A stretch of DNA of 64,000 nucleotides from an uncultured Erysipelotrichaceae bacterium (GTDB lineage Bacteria > Bacillota_I > Bacilli_A > RFN20 > CAG-826). Position numbers and translations under genes: made by a program. Positions within the stretch are counted from its first letter, which is position 1. Each line of letters opens with the position of its first letter. The notes below the pieces were generated by a model. The model was not told where the DNA came from, ran no database searches, and was given only the letters and a program-made list of their open reading frames with translations. Location of the stretch: assembly GCA_902800355.1 (NCBI GenBank), contig CADCEE010000001.1:24625-88624 (forward strand), in the 5' to 3' direction. Positions 39,327 to 49,400 of this stretch are shown piece by piece.

Positions 39327-41423
39327 ATGAAAATGAAAAAGTTTGATACATCAGTTAAAAAAGTAGATAACGAAGAGAAGATGTCTGGAAGAGCCATCTT
39401 CACTGGCGACATCCAAATGGATGATGCCTATTTCGCTATACAAGTTAGAAGTGAAAAAGCCCATGCGAAGTTAAAAGGAATTTATGTCCCTAAACTTCCT
39501 AAAGATTACTATTTCATTTCTGCAAAAGACATCGTTAAAGAAAACGTTGTGAATATTATTGCTTCCGATTGGCCAGTCTTCGCTGATAAGAAAGTAAATT
39601 ATATTGGTGAGGCTATTGGTTTAATCGTTGGTCCTGATAAAGGCATGTGTATGTATTTAGCAAGCCTAGTCAAAGGGGAATATGAAGAATTAGAGCCAGT
39701 CTTTGAGATGAAGAATTCTTACGTTCATAAAGAATTCACCAAAGGTGACGTCTCTAAATTTAAAAGCGCAAAAAAAGTATTCTCAGAAGAATTCACTACC
39801 GGCTATCAAGAACAAGTCTATTTAGAGCCTCAAGCCATGTTAATGTATATTCAAAACGATCAAATCGTGGTTAAAGCCTCAATGCAGTGTCCTTTCTATA
39901 TCCATAAAGCGATCATGAGAACTTTGGGATGTAAAGAGAAGGATGTAAGAGTCATTCAACCAGCGGTAGGGGGTGCATTTGGTGGTAAGGAACATTACCC
40001 ATCTTTAATGGCTGCTCAACTTGCCACTGCAATTGTGAAAATTAAAAAACCAATTAAGATGTTCTTCGATAGAAAAGAAGACATTACCTATACCACAAAA
40101 CGTCACCCATCTAAGACAGAGATTTCTGCTTATGTGGACGCAAAAAATAACATCATTGGTGTGAAGATTCATGTTGGTATTGATGGCGGAGCGTATGTTG
40201 GTTGCTCTATGGTTGTTTTATCACGTGCTTTAATCGCTGCGACTAATACTTATACATTTGAAAATGTTAGTGTTAGTGGAGATGCATATTGCACAAATAA
40301 AGTTCCAAGTGCGGCATTCCGTGGATTTGGTTCACCTCAATCAATATTCGCATTTGAACTATTTATTAATCACCTTGCTGACTATTTAAAAGTAGACCGC
40401 ATGGAATTAAGAATGAAATATCTTGTAAAACAAGGTGATATCACTTCTACCTCTGGTTTATTTAGAGACCCAATCATCTTAAAAGAACTTGTTGATAAAG
40501 CTATGGAGATGAGTGACTATAAACATAAAGTTAAACTTTATTCTAAAGAAAAATCATATCGCGGAATTGGCTTATCGATGTTCTTGCACGGCTGTGGATT
40601 CACTGGAAGTGGAGAATCCGATTTAATTAAAGCGCAATTAAGAATCAAGAAAGATAAAAACGATATTGTGACTTTCTATACTTCTCAAGTTGATTTTGGT
40701 CAAGGTAATAGAACTACATTAAAAAGAATTGTCGTTGATACTTTAGGTATTCCTGAAGATCACGTCATCTATGACGCCCCTGACACTAATGAAACTCTTT
40801 CTACTGGCCCAACTGCTGCTAGTAGAACTATTATCATCGTTGGTGGACTTGCTGCTAAAGCAGCTCAACATTTAAAGAGCATTTGGAAAGATGGAGAAGA
40901 ACAAGAAATCGTCGAACCATATGTTGGTCCTGCTTATATCAAATGGGATGAGGCCACTATGCAAGGGGACGCTTATCCAGGTTATGCTTGGGGAGTGAAT
41001 ATTGTTGAAGTCTCTGTTGATCCTGTAACATATGAAGTTAATGTTGAAGGCTGTTGGTCAACTTATGACGTTGGACACGCCATTGATGAAAGAATTATCA
41101 TGGGTCAAGCAGATGGTGGCTTAGCGCAAGCCTTAGGCTGGGCATATTTAGAAAAAGAAGTGGCGGAAAACGGAATGTTTAAACAAAGAACAATGTCTGA
41201 TTATGCTATTCCTACCTCTATGGATCTTCCTGTTTTGGAAACTGAAGTCCTTGATAATCCATTTAAATATGGAGCCTTTGGGGCAAAAGGTGCTGGAGAA
41301 TTAACTTTTGTTGGTGGAGCTCCTGCCTTTGCTCTTGCTTTAGAGCAAGCAATTGGCAAAAAAGTCCACGACATTCCAGCCACACCAGAATATATTATGG
41401 AGCTAATGAATCATGAAAATTAG
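39327..41423 (+). CDS. xdhA: Xanthine dehydrogenase-family molybdopterin-binding subunit (XdhA-like)
   Basis: 698 aa. AVGGAFGGKE, FRGFGSPQ and GAKGAGE motifs. Confidence 0.8.
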   Translation: MKMKKFDTSVKKVDNEEKMSGRAIFTGDIQMDDAYFAIQVRSEKAHAKLKGIYVPKLPKDYYFISAKDIVKENVVNIIASDWPVFADKKVNYIGEAIGLIVGPDKGMCMYLASLVKGEYEELEPVFEMKNSYVHKEFTKGDVSKFKSAKKVFSEEFTTGYQEQVYLEPQAMLMYIQNDQIVVKASMQCPFYIHKAIMRTLGCKEKDVRVIQPAVGGAFGGKEHYPSLMAAQLATAIVKIKKPIKMFFDRKEDITYTTKRHPSKTEISAYVDAKNNIIGVKIHVGIDGGAYVGCSMVVLSRALIAATNTYTFENVSVSGDAYCTNKVPSAAFRGFGSPQSIFAFELFINHLADYLKVDRMELRMKYLVKQGDITSTSGLFRDPIILKELVDKAMEMSDYKHKVKLYSKEKSYRGIGLSMFLHGCGFTGSGESDLIKAQLRIKKDKNDIVTFYTSQVDFGQGNRTTLKRIVVDTLGIPEDHVIYDAPDTNETLSTGPTAASRTIIIVGGLAAKAAQHLKSIWKDGEEQEIVEPYVGPAYIKWDEATMQGDAYPGYAWGVNIVEVSVDPVTYEVNVEGCWSTYDVGHAIDERIIMGQADGGLAQALGWAYLEKEVAENGMFKQRTMSDYAIPTSMDLPVLETEVLDNPFKYGAFGAKGAGELTFVGGAPAFALALEQAIGKKVHDIPATPEYIMELMNHEN

Positions 41424-41880
41424 TTTTGTTATTAATAATAAAAAAGTATCTCTCGATGTTGAACCTTCAATGCGTTTATTAGATGTTATTCGTAATGAAT
41501 TACATTTAACAGGCACTAAAGAAGGATGCGGAGAAGGTGAATGCGGAGCATGTACCGTTTTAATTAACGAAGAACCTGTTAATTCATGCTTATATCCAGC
41601 GATAAACGCTGCTAATAAAAACATTATGACTATTGAAGGATTTAGGGAAACTAATGAATATCGAGTCATCGCTGATGCCTTTGCCGATAGAGGTGGATCT
41701 CAATGTGGATTCTGCACCCCTGGCATGATTTTAGTGACTTATTCTTTATTAAAAAAGAATCCTCATCCTAGTGAAGAAGAAATTAGATTTGCTTTATCCG
41801 GTAACTTATGTAGATGTACTGGCTATCAAGCGATTGTTGATGCTGTGAAAGTAGCAGCAGTGAAAGGAATTAAATTATGA
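41413..41880 (+). CDS. xdhC: Xanthine dehydrogenase [2Fe-2S] subunit (E. coli XdhC-like)
   Basis: CGEGECGACT plus CGFCTPG...CRCTGY. Confidence 0.85.
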   Translation: MKISFVINNKKVSLDVEPSMRLLDVIRNELHLTGTKEGCGEGECGACTVLINEEPVNSCLYPAINAANKNIMTIEGFRETNEYRVIADAFADRGGSQCGFCTPGMILVTYSLLKKNPHPSEEEIRFALSGNLCRCTGYQAIVDAVKVAAVKGIKL

Positions 41881-42719
41881 TTCAACATTTTGTTCCTACC
41901 ACATTAAAAGAAGCTCTAAAGATTTTAGATGAGCGTGACTGCTATATTATGGCTGGTGGCACTGATTTAATGGTCCAAAAACATCGAGGCAGTGGTTTGT
42001 TACCTAATTTTGATAAAGACGTATTATATGTGATGAATATTAAAGAACTTGATTATATCAAAACTGACGCGGAAGGTAATTTACGTATTGGGGCGATGAA
42101 TCGATACTGTGAACTTATGAATTCATCGCTAGTCCCAGATATCTTTAAGACCGTATTTAAAGAAATTGCCTCACCTAATATTAGAAATATGGCGACTTTA
42201 GTGGGCAATATTGCTAATGCTTCTCCTGCAGGAGATAGTTTATTACCTCTTAACCTTTTTAACGCACGTGTTGTTTTATCTAGCGTTAAAGGAAATAGAG
42301 AAGTTTTAGTAGAAGACTTCATTCAAGGTGTTAGAAAGATTGACCGTCAGAAAAATGAATTAATTACTGAAGTGATTATTCCTAATTGCGACTTAAATTT
42401 CTACTATCGAAAAGTCGGTTCTAGAAAAGCAGAATCTATCACTAAAGTTTCGCTTATGGGCGGCTATAAAATTGAAGGCGGAAAGATTAAAGATTTACGT
42501 ATTGTTTTTGGAAGTATTTCCGTAAAAGTCGTCAGAAATCACTTTATTGAAGAGAAATATCAAGGAAAATCCGTTAATGAGTTAAGAGCGAGAATCGATG
42601 ATATCATTAACGAATATGACCATGAAATCAAACCAATTACTGACCAAAGATCAACGATGGAATATCGTAAAAAAGTTGCTAAGAATTTGTTGAGGGATTT
42701 CCTCAAACATGTCAAATAA
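41877..42719 (+). CDS. xdhB: Xanthine dehydrogenase FAD-binding subunit (XdhB-like)
   Basis: 280 aa. IMAGGTDLMV FAD motif and a CO_deh_flav_C-like C-terminus. Confidence 0.8.
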   Translation: MIQHFVPTTLKEALKILDERDCYIMAGGTDLMVQKHRGSGLLPNFDKDVLYVMNIKELDYIKTDAEGNLRIGAMNRYCELMNSSLVPDIFKTVFKEIASPNIRNMATLVGNIANASPAGDSLLPLNLFNARVVLSSVKGNREVLVEDFIQGVRKIDRQKNELITEVIIPNCDLNFYYRKVGSRKAESITKVSLMGGYKIEGGKIKDLRIVFGSISVKVVRNHFIEEKYQGKSVNELRARIDDIINEYDHEIKPITDQRSTMEYRKKVAKNLLRDFLKHVK

Positions 42720-42737
42720 ATTTAAAGGAGGTGGGCA

Positions 42738-43982
42738 ATGAATTATATTAAAGGATACCGCTGTACAATCTGTGGAAAATTCTTTGAAACTCAAGAAGCA
42801 CTTTTAACCTGCCCTGATTGCGGTGAAAAAGGCATTTTAGATGTTGAATATGACTATGAAGCCCTTAAAAAAGTCTTAACGAAAGACTATTTTGAGAAAA
42901 ATCGTAACTATTCAATGTGGAGATACGCTCCGCTTATGGGTATTAAAGAAGATCACATAGATGAAATGCTTCGTATCGGCTGGACTCCACTTGTGAAGTC
43001 GCGTAATTTAGCTAAAGAGTTAGGAATTAAAGAACTCTATATTAAGGATGACGGACTTAATCCAAGTGGAAGTAGCAAGGATAGAGCTAGTGGAGTAGCG
43101 GTACTTAAAGCCATTGAAGCAGGAGCGAAAGTTATATCCTGTTCTTCTACTGGAAACGCTGCTAGTAGCTGTGCTTGTCACGCTGCTCATATGGGTTTAC
43201 CTGCAGTAATTTTTGTTCCTAAACGTGCTCCAATTGGTAAATTAACTCAAATCTCTTTATATGGAGCCACATTAGTAATTGTGGATGGAGATTATAAAGC
43301 TGCATTTAGCTTATCTAAACAAGCAATTGCAAGACATGGTTGGTATAACCGAAATGCCGCCATTAATCCATTTATGGTGGAAGGCAAAAAGACAGTTTCA
43401 TTAGAAATTGCCGAACAACTTAATTTTAAACCGACTGATTGGGTGGTTGTCTCCGTAGGAGATGGCTGTACAATTGGTGGAGTTTATAAAGGTTTTAATG
43501 AACTTCATAAGTTAGGTCTTATTTCTAGAGTTCCACGAATCTTAGGTGTGCAGTCTACAGGCTGCGAACCATTCGTTGTTGCTGCTAAAAATCATGAACC
43601 TCTTAAGGAATGTGATGAGAATACTTTAGCGGATAGTATCGCGGTTGGTATTCCAAGAAATCCAATTAAAGCTCTTAGAGCGGTTGAATACTCTAAAGGC
43701 GCTTGGATTAGTGTTCCTGATGAAGAAATCATTAAAGCTATGGGTTTATTAGGAAAAACTGAAGGTATCTTTGGAGAACCTGCAGGTGTCACAGGAGTGG
43801 CAGGACTTGCTAAAGCTCTTAAAGAAGGAATCATCAAAAAAGATGAATCAGTTACTATAATTGTCACTGGTAACGGACTGAAAGATCCTAATAACGCTCA
43901 AAAGGCCATCGTTAAGCCAGACTTAATGGAGCCAAACATTGAAAAGTTAGACATTTACTTAAAAGAAAAAGGAGTAATTTAA
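42738..43982 (+). CDS. Fold-type II PLP enzyme, threonine-synthase-like, with an N-terminal zinc ribbon
   Basis: CTICG...CPDCG ribbon. The LNPSGSSKDRAS PLP-lysine motif resembles NPTGSFKDR. 414 aa. Confidence 0.65.
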   Translation: MNYIKGYRCTICGKFFETQEALLTCPDCGEKGILDVEYDYEALKKVLTKDYFEKNRNYSMWRYAPLMGIKEDHIDEMLRIGWTPLVKSRNLAKELGIKELYIKDDGLNPSGSSKDRASGVAVLKAIEAGAKVISCSSTGNAASSCACHAAHMGLPAVIFVPKRAPIGKLTQISLYGATLVIVDGDYKAAFSLSKQAIARHGWYNRNAAINPFMVEGKKTVSLEIAEQLNFKPTDWVVVSVGDGCTIGGVYKGFNELHKLGLISRVPRILGVQSTGCEPFVVAAKNHEPLKECDENTLADSIAVGIPRNPIKALRAVEYSKGAWISVPDEEIIKAMGLLGKTEGIFGEPAGVTGVAGLAKALKEGIIKKDESVTIIVTGNGLKDPNNAQKAIVKPDLMEPNIEKLDIYLKEKGVI

Positions 43983-43984
43983 AT

Positions 43985-45352
43985 ATGTCAAAAATCCCAT
44001 TTGGTCCAACATATGATGAAATGTTGAACCCAAGCCATCAAGACCCTGAAGTAAGAAAAAAGGCATTGAAGGCAAAAGAAGAGAATGAACTCGATCCAAT
44101 CAATCTCTTTAACATTACTTGGAAAAATGAAAAGGACGAAGTTAACAAGATTGTGCTTCCAAAAGCCTTAACTGGTGTAGAAGCAAATATCGTTGTCTTA
44201 CTTGGTAAATATTTCCCAAGTGGATCTCATAAGGTCGGACCTGCCTATTCCACCTTAATCGAAGGATGTGTCGATGGAGAAATTATCCCAGGAAAACACA
44301 CAATTTTAGGTCCAAGTACTGGTAACTTCGGTATCGGAGTTAGTTATATAACTAACTTAATGAAGTATGACGCGATTGTCATTATGCCAGACAATATGTC
44401 TAAAGAAAGATATCAAAGAATTCAAAAGTATGGAGCAAAATTAGATTTAACTCCAGGTAGTGAATCTGACGTTATCTTAACTTTAGAGAGAACTTACGAA
44501 TTAAAGAAAGATCCAAAAAATAGAACATTGGCTCAATTTGAATTATTACCTAACTATCGTTTCCATAGACACGTCACCGGTAATAGCTGTATCGAAGCTG
44601 TTAAGGGCATTGGTAATGGTAGAATTGCCGCTTTCTGTAGCGCTCCTGGTAGTGCAGGAACTTTAGCAGCTGGTGATCAAATCAAAGTGGCATTCCCAGA
44701 ATGTAAAATCGTTGCTTTAGAACCACATGAATGTAGTACACTCACCAATGGTGGTCGTGGACAGCACCGTATTGAAGGTATCGGAGATAAGATGTGTACA
44801 TTAATCCACAACGTCTTAACTACCGACTTCATTACTCAAATCGTTGATGATAACTGTGTAAGAGGCTTAGAAGTTATTCACGAAGGTACTGATATCTTAG
44901 TGAAACACGGAGTGGACAAGAAAGTGGCCGAATCTATGGTCAACTTATTCGGTGTCTCCGGTATTTGTAATATCTTAGGTGCCATTAAAATGGCAAAATA
45001 CCTCAAATTAGGTCCTGAAGATAACGTTGTCACTATCGCTACTGATAGCTTTGATAGATATGACTCTGTTATTGAAAATTTAAAAGAAAGAGAATTAGAA
45101 GTTACTCCTAACGTCTTAGAAAGATGGTTTGAAGACGTCTTTATGGGCGCGGATACTTCTATGGTTTTAGATACACGTGGTAAAGAAGCTAAAGAAGCCT
45201 TATTCGCTCAAAAAGAAAAAGACTGGTTACCATTTGGTTATTCTAAAGAATATCTCGATAGCATGAAGAAACCAGAATTCTGGGAAGAAGAATATAACAA
45301 GATTCATGCTTACGATAAAAAGATTAAGGAACTTAGAGGAAAGGAAATTTAA
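43985..45352 (+). CDS. Fold-type II PLP enzyme (cysteine synthase/Trp-synthase-beta-like), function unknown
   Basis: [12 protein letters not shown] lysine motif and a Gly-rich phosphate loop ([12 protein letters not shown]). 455 aa. Confidence 0.55.
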   Translation: MSKIPFGPTYDEMLNPSHQDPEVRKKALKAKEENELDPINLFNITWKNEKDEVNKIVLPKALTGVEANIVVLLGKYFPSGSHKVGPAYSTLIEGCVDGEIIPGKHTILGPSTGNFGIGVSYITNLMKYDAIVIMPDNMSKERYQRIQKYGAKLDLTPGSESDVILTLERTYELKKDPKNRTLAQFELLPNYRFHRHVTGNSCIEAVKGIGNGRIAAFCSAPGSAGTLAAGDQIKVAFPECKIVALEPHECSTLTNGGRGQHRIEGIGDKMCTLIHNVLTTDFITQIVDDNCVRGLEVIHEGTDILVKHGVDKKVAESMVNLFGVSGICNILGAIKMAKYLKLGPEDNVVTIATDSFDRYDSVIENLKERELEVTPNVLERWFEDVFMGADTSMVLDTRGKEAKEALFAQKEKDWLPFGYSKEYLDSMKKPEFWEEEYNKIHAYDKKIKELRGKEI

Positions 45353-45354
45353 TA

Positions 45355-46569
45355 ATGAAAGTACCTTTTGAAAAAGTATTAGAAAAAGCCCAAGCCTATA
45401 AGGCTGACATGGTCAAATTCCTCAGAGACATGGTCGCTATTCCTTCTGAATCATGTGAAGAAAGAGATGTCGTTCTCCGCATTAAAGAAGAAATGGAAAA
45501 AGTAGGATTTGATAAAGTTGTTATCGATCCAATGGGAAATATCTTAGGATATATTGGACACGGCAAACACCTTATTGGTATGGACGCTCATATTGACACT
45601 GTCGGTATTGGCGAAATCAAAAACTGGACATTTGATCCTTACAAAGGATTTGAAGATGATGTCCATATCGGTGGTCGTGGCACTTCTGACCAAGAAGGCG
45701 GTATGGCCTCAATGGTCTACGCTGCTAAAATCATTAAGGATTTAGGTTTAGAAGATGACTATACCTTAGTGATTACCGGTACAGTACAAGAAGAAGACTG
45801 TGATGGACTTTGCTGGCAATATATTATCGAAGAAGATAAAGTCAGACCAGAATTCGTCGTTTCTACTGAACCAACCAGCTGTAGAATTTATCGTGGACAT
45901 AGAGGAAGAATGGAAATCAAAGTTTCTGTTCGTGGTATCTCTTGCCATGGCTCTGCCCCTGAAAGAGGCGATAACGCCATCTATAAGATGGCACCAATCA
46001 TTGAGCAAGTTAAAGAACTCAATGAAAAAGGACTTGCTTATGACCCATTCTTAGGTAAAGGTACAGTCACTATTTCTCAGATCTTCCATAAATCACCATC
46101 TAGATGCGCAGTTGCTGATGGCTGTTGGATCTCTTTAGATAGAAGATTAACAGTGGGTGAAAACGATAAAACCTCTATCGCGGAAATCGAAGCTCTTCCA
46201 GGAGTTAAAGCCGCTAACGCCAAAGTTGAGATGTATCGTTATGAAAGACCATCTTATACTGGTTTACTTTACCCAACAGAATGTTATTTCCCAACTTGGG
46301 TCATTCCTGAAGAATCAGTATTTGTCCAATCCATGAAACAAGGATATGAAGGCTTATTTAAAAAAGCCCCTGTTATCGATAAATGGACATTCTCCACTAA
46401 TGGTGTTTCCATTATGGGAAGATACGGTATTCCTTGTATCGGATTTGGTCCAGGTGATGAAAAAGAAGCTCACGCACCAAATGAAAAAACTAGAAAAGAA
46501 GACCTCGTTATCTGTGCAGCAATGTATGCAGTTTTACCAGGCCTCTATCTAGAAAATTTAAAGAAATAA
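45355..46569 (+). CDS. ygeY: YgeY-like M20-family hydrolase
   Basis: 404 aa. M20 metal ligands ([23 protein letters not shown], the final HAPNE). The neighbourhood is that of YgeY in E. coli. Confidence 0.75.
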   Translation: MKVPFEKVLEKAQAYKADMVKFLRDMVAIPSESCEERDVVLRIKEEMEKVGFDKVVIDPMGNILGYIGHGKHLIGMDAHIDTVGIGEIKNWTFDPYKGFEDDVHIGGRGTSDQEGGMASMVYAAKIIKDLGLEDDYTLVITGTVQEEDCDGLCWQYIIEEDKVRPEFVVSTEPTSCRIYRGHRGRMEIKVSVRGISCHGSAPERGDNAIYKMAPIIEQVKELNEKGLAYDPFLGKGTVTISQIFHKSPSRCAVADGCWISLDRRLTVGENDKTSIAEIEALPGVKAANAKVEMYRYERPSYTGLLYPTECYFPTWVIPEESVFVQSMKQGYEGLFKKAPVIDKWTFSTNGVSIMGRYGIPCIGFGPGDEKEAHAPNEKTRKEDLVICAAMYAVLPGLYLENLKK

Positions 46570-46597
46570 TTTATTAAGAAAGGATATAAATTAAATT

Positions 46598-47608
46598 ATG
46601 GAAAAAGTCGCACCAAGATTTGCTGGTAGACACTTAATTACTTTAGAAGATTTCACCAAAGAAGAAATCGACTACATGCTCAAAGTCTCTAGAGACTTAA
46701 AAAATGCATTCTATGCTAATGAACCAACAGATTGGCTCACTAACAAAACCGGATTCTTAATGTTCTTTGAACAATCCACAAGAACCCGTAACTCCTTTGA
46801 AAGTGGTATGGCCCAATTAGGCGGACACGCTACCTTCTTAGACACCTCTATGATGCAAATCGCTCACGGAGAAAGCGCCAAAGATACTGCAGTTATCTTA
46901 TCTAGCTTTGGCCACATGATTGCTTGCCGTTATTGTAACTGGGGTTTAGGTAACAAATATATTCGCGAAATGGCGAAATATTCCACAGTCCCAATTATCA
47001 ACTTACAATGTGATTTATATCACCCAATGCAAGCTCTTGCAGATTTAATGACCATCGAAGATGAATTCGGTCATACTGAACACTTAAAAGTATCTGTTAT
47101 TTGGGCAATGGCTACAACTCATAAGAAACCAATTTCTGTTCCAGTTTCTCAAGTCTTGCTCTTCCCAAGATACGGAATTGATGTCACTCTTGCTTATCCA
47201 GAGGGATATGATTTACCAGACTGGGTTATTGAAAAAGCTAGAAAGAACGCAGCTGAACATGGTGGTAGTTTAACTATTACCCATGATATGGATGCCGCTT
47301 ATAAAGACGCTGATGTCGTCTTCCCTAAGAACTGGGGTAGCTGGGTTACTAACCAATCCACAACCGTTGTTGATGATGCCTTATTAGCCTTAAAAGCTTG
47401 GAAATGTACTCCAGAAAAGATGGCTTTAGCAAAACCTGGATGTAGATATATGCACGCTCTTCCAGCTGATAGAGTTAACGAAGTCGTTGATGAAGTTATT
47501 GATGGACCACAATCTGTTGTTTATCAAGAAGCTGAAAATAGAATCCACACTGCTAAAGCAGTCATGGCATTATTTGTCCACGATAAACTCCCATCTGATA
47601 GAAGATAG
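46598..47608 (+). CDS. Carbamoyltransferase of the ATCase/OTCase superfamily, non-OTC (YgeW-like; substrate unknown)
   Basis: The STRTRNSFE carbamoyl-phosphate motif, HPMQ and HALPA are present. The ornithine-binding DxxxSMG motif is absent. Confidence 0.65.
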   Translation: MEKVAPRFAGRHLITLEDFTKEEIDYMLKVSRDLKNAFYANEPTDWLTNKTGFLMFFEQSTRTRNSFESGMAQLGGHATFLDTSMMQIAHGESAKDTAVILSSFGHMIACRYCNWGLGNKYIREMAKYSTVPIINLQCDLYHPMQALADLMTIEDEFGHTEHLKVSVIWAMATTHKKPISVPVSQVLLFPRYGIDVTLAYPEGYDLPDWVIEKARKNAAEHGGSLTITHDMDAAYKDADVVFPKNWGSWVTNQSTTVVDDALLALKAWKCTPEKMALAKPGCRYMHALPADRVNEVVDEVIDGPQSVVYQEAENRIHTAKAVMALFVHDKLPSDRR

Positions 47609-47633
47609 TCTATATTTTTAGGAGATTTTCATC

Positions 47634-48266
47634 ATGAAAGATATCAAAAAGTTCATGGGACTCATTTTAGTGTCCCTCGCGATTATCTTTGGCGTTCTCG
47701 TCATGGTTGATCAATATAAGCTATTTGAATCATTAGGTAGCCTATCATTCGCTAGTAGACCTGAAATTGGAACATCTATTACTGTTATCTTATATTTATT
47801 AACAAATGTTCTCTTATTAGTGGTTCCAATTGTTAACTTATTATTACTTATCTTTAACAAAAGAGAACCATATAAGGCTATTGTTAAATGTGCGATTGTT
47901 ATCGTTGCTAAATTCTTATTTATTATCTTTATCGATATCATTGTCTTAATGATTGTCGGTGTTAGTGGAGAAGCTTGGAGCGAATACTTATTTGGTGGTA
48001 ACAGCTTAGCTATCGTTAGAGTCTTAATCTTTGGTGCTGGCTTATTATTAGTAGAACTCTCTGGTATGAAGTCTTTAGAAGGCAAAATGGCTAGAGCCGT
48101 ATTAATTACTGTCGGTGCGGGATTAACAATCTTTGGCTTAATCTTCTACTATGCAAAAGGTACAGAAATGAATGCCTTACAAATCTTAGGCTTAATCAGC
48201 GCGATTGCTTGCTTAGGCGGACTCGTTGTTTACTCTTTCTTACCTCAAACTAGAGAATACAAATAG
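47634..48266 (+). CDS. Small polytopic membrane protein (about 6 TM), last gene of the purine operon
   Basis: 210 aa and almost entirely hydrophobic helices. No family recognised. Confidence 0.55.
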   Translation: MKDIKKFMGLILVSLAIIFGVLVMVDQYKLFESLGSLSFASRPEIGTSITVILYLLTNVLLLVVPIVNLLLLIFNKREPYKAIVKCAIVIVAKFLFIIFIDIIVLMIVGVSGEAWSEYLFGGNSLAIVRVLIFGAGLLLVELSGMKSLEGKMARAVLITVGAGLTIFGLIFYYAKGTEMNALQILGLISAIACLGGLVVYSFLPQTREYK

Positions 48267-48287
48267 TTGATACTTAATAGTAAAGAA

Positions 48288-48314
48288 ACTGGTGGAGCAA
48301 TCCATCAGTTTTTA
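48288..48314 (+). terminator. Rho-independent terminator of the purine operon
   Basis: Stem actggtgg/ccatcagt followed by ttttt. Confidence 0.7.
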
Positions 48315-48345
48315 TTTATTTCATTTGTTAGTTTGCTATAAAAAA

Positions 48346-48469
48346 ATCGCCAGAGGTGGAGAACCAGTGTGCGACCTCGACGCATTCCTTCGGGAATGGA
48401 TGTAGCGATCCAGGATGTTAACTGCCATGGCTGACGAATAAGTATCTTCCAATCGGGAGATATTTTTTT
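48346..48469 (+). ncRNA. Candidate small RNA (about 120 nt) of unknown class, ending in its own terminator
   Basis: A locally GC-rich island with no ORF. An internal cattcc-UUCG-ggaatg hairpin lies at 48383-48398. The terminator stem is tatcttcc/gggagata (48443-48462) plus a 7-T run. A second hairpin, acgcgta/tacgcgt, follows at 48479-48496. Confidence 0.4.
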
Positions 48470-48674
48470 ATTCTTTTTACGCGTATGCCTACGCGTGCGA
48501 TTTTCTATTATAATAATTTATATATTTATTATTTTTTTATATTTCTAATATGAAAAATTAATAAAAATCACTAATATATTGCGAATATTCAAATTATTTT
48601 CAAAAAAGTAATTTAACAAAGTTAAATTAAAAATGTATTAATAAAAAAAGTGAAAAAATATTTAAAAAAAACGC

Positions 48675-48703
48675 TTGAAATAGTTTTCTAAAAGGCGCAT
48701 ACT
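48675..48703 (+). promoter_or_regulatory. Putative promoter of the giant RNA: TTGAAA-17 nt-CATACT, preceded by about 170 nt of extreme AT-rich DNA
   Basis: Hexamers at 48675-48680 and 48698-48703. Confidence 0.4.
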
Positions 48704-48767
48704 TGTAGACATCCAACACCGAAAGGCGCTTGGGTGAGAGTAAATTAATGATAGTTAATTAACTCTC

Positions 48768-49077
48768 AAGACTGGATAAGTCAATCACCGCGAAAAGAAG
48801 AAGTTGATACAGCGGACTACTAAGAATTAAAACAAGAATCTTAGACTAATGATTGCTCCAGCACGATAGATCTTCAGATTTATCAAGGCACATCCTCCCC
48901 GTTACAGTGGACGCTGAGTTAGAACTTAACAGCTGAAAAACCACCGCCTGACAAGATCAAAGAGGACCGATATGAGGTAATAGCCATATCCACGACCGAA
49001 TCACGCTAAAATCAACTTAAAACGTGAAATAAGTAATTGAGATTGCAAGATACTCAATACGAAAAAGGTTCGAAGTT
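48768..49077 (+). repeat. Module 1 of the tandem RNA repeat
   Basis: Anchors are aagactgg...tcaatca, gaattaaaaca, taatgattgc, cctccc, ctgagttagaacttaacag, ccaccgcctgacaagatcaaagagg and tcaacttaaa. Confidence 0.7.
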
Positions 49078-49400
49078 CAGCTAACGTCAGACAATCAGCC
49101 CATTACACGACGTTGATAGTAAGGCATCTAGAATTAAAACATCTAGTTAATGATTGCAGTTAACTTGGCATTAGTAATAATGACTAAACGGCCTACCTCC
49201 CTTCTAAAGTGGTCACTGAGTTAGAGCTTAACAGTGTAGAAAATCCACCGCCGGACACGATCAAAGAGGTAAAAAAGAAGTCCTATTAACTAAAAAGAAT
49301 AGGAAAAGCCTAATCCACATTATTCAACTCAAAGTGTGGTGAGACTTAGAAAGATCACAAACTCCTGGTACTTTCTAAGCAGAAACGGATTAATAAGCTT
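49078..49400 (+). repeat. Module 2 of the tandem RNA repeat
   Basis: The same anchors appear in the same order: acaatca, gaattaaaaca, taatgattgc, cctccc, ctgagttagagcttaacag, ccaccgccggacacgatcaaagagg and tcaactcaaa. Confidence 0.7.

Noticed and set aside
31500-47608. Selenocysteine (in-frame TGA) or alternative genetic code in the selenium-linked purine gene families
   Set aside because: - All ORFs are full length without internal TGA.
- TGA is used as a genuine stop, for example at 36935-36937.
- No SECIS-like interruption was seen.
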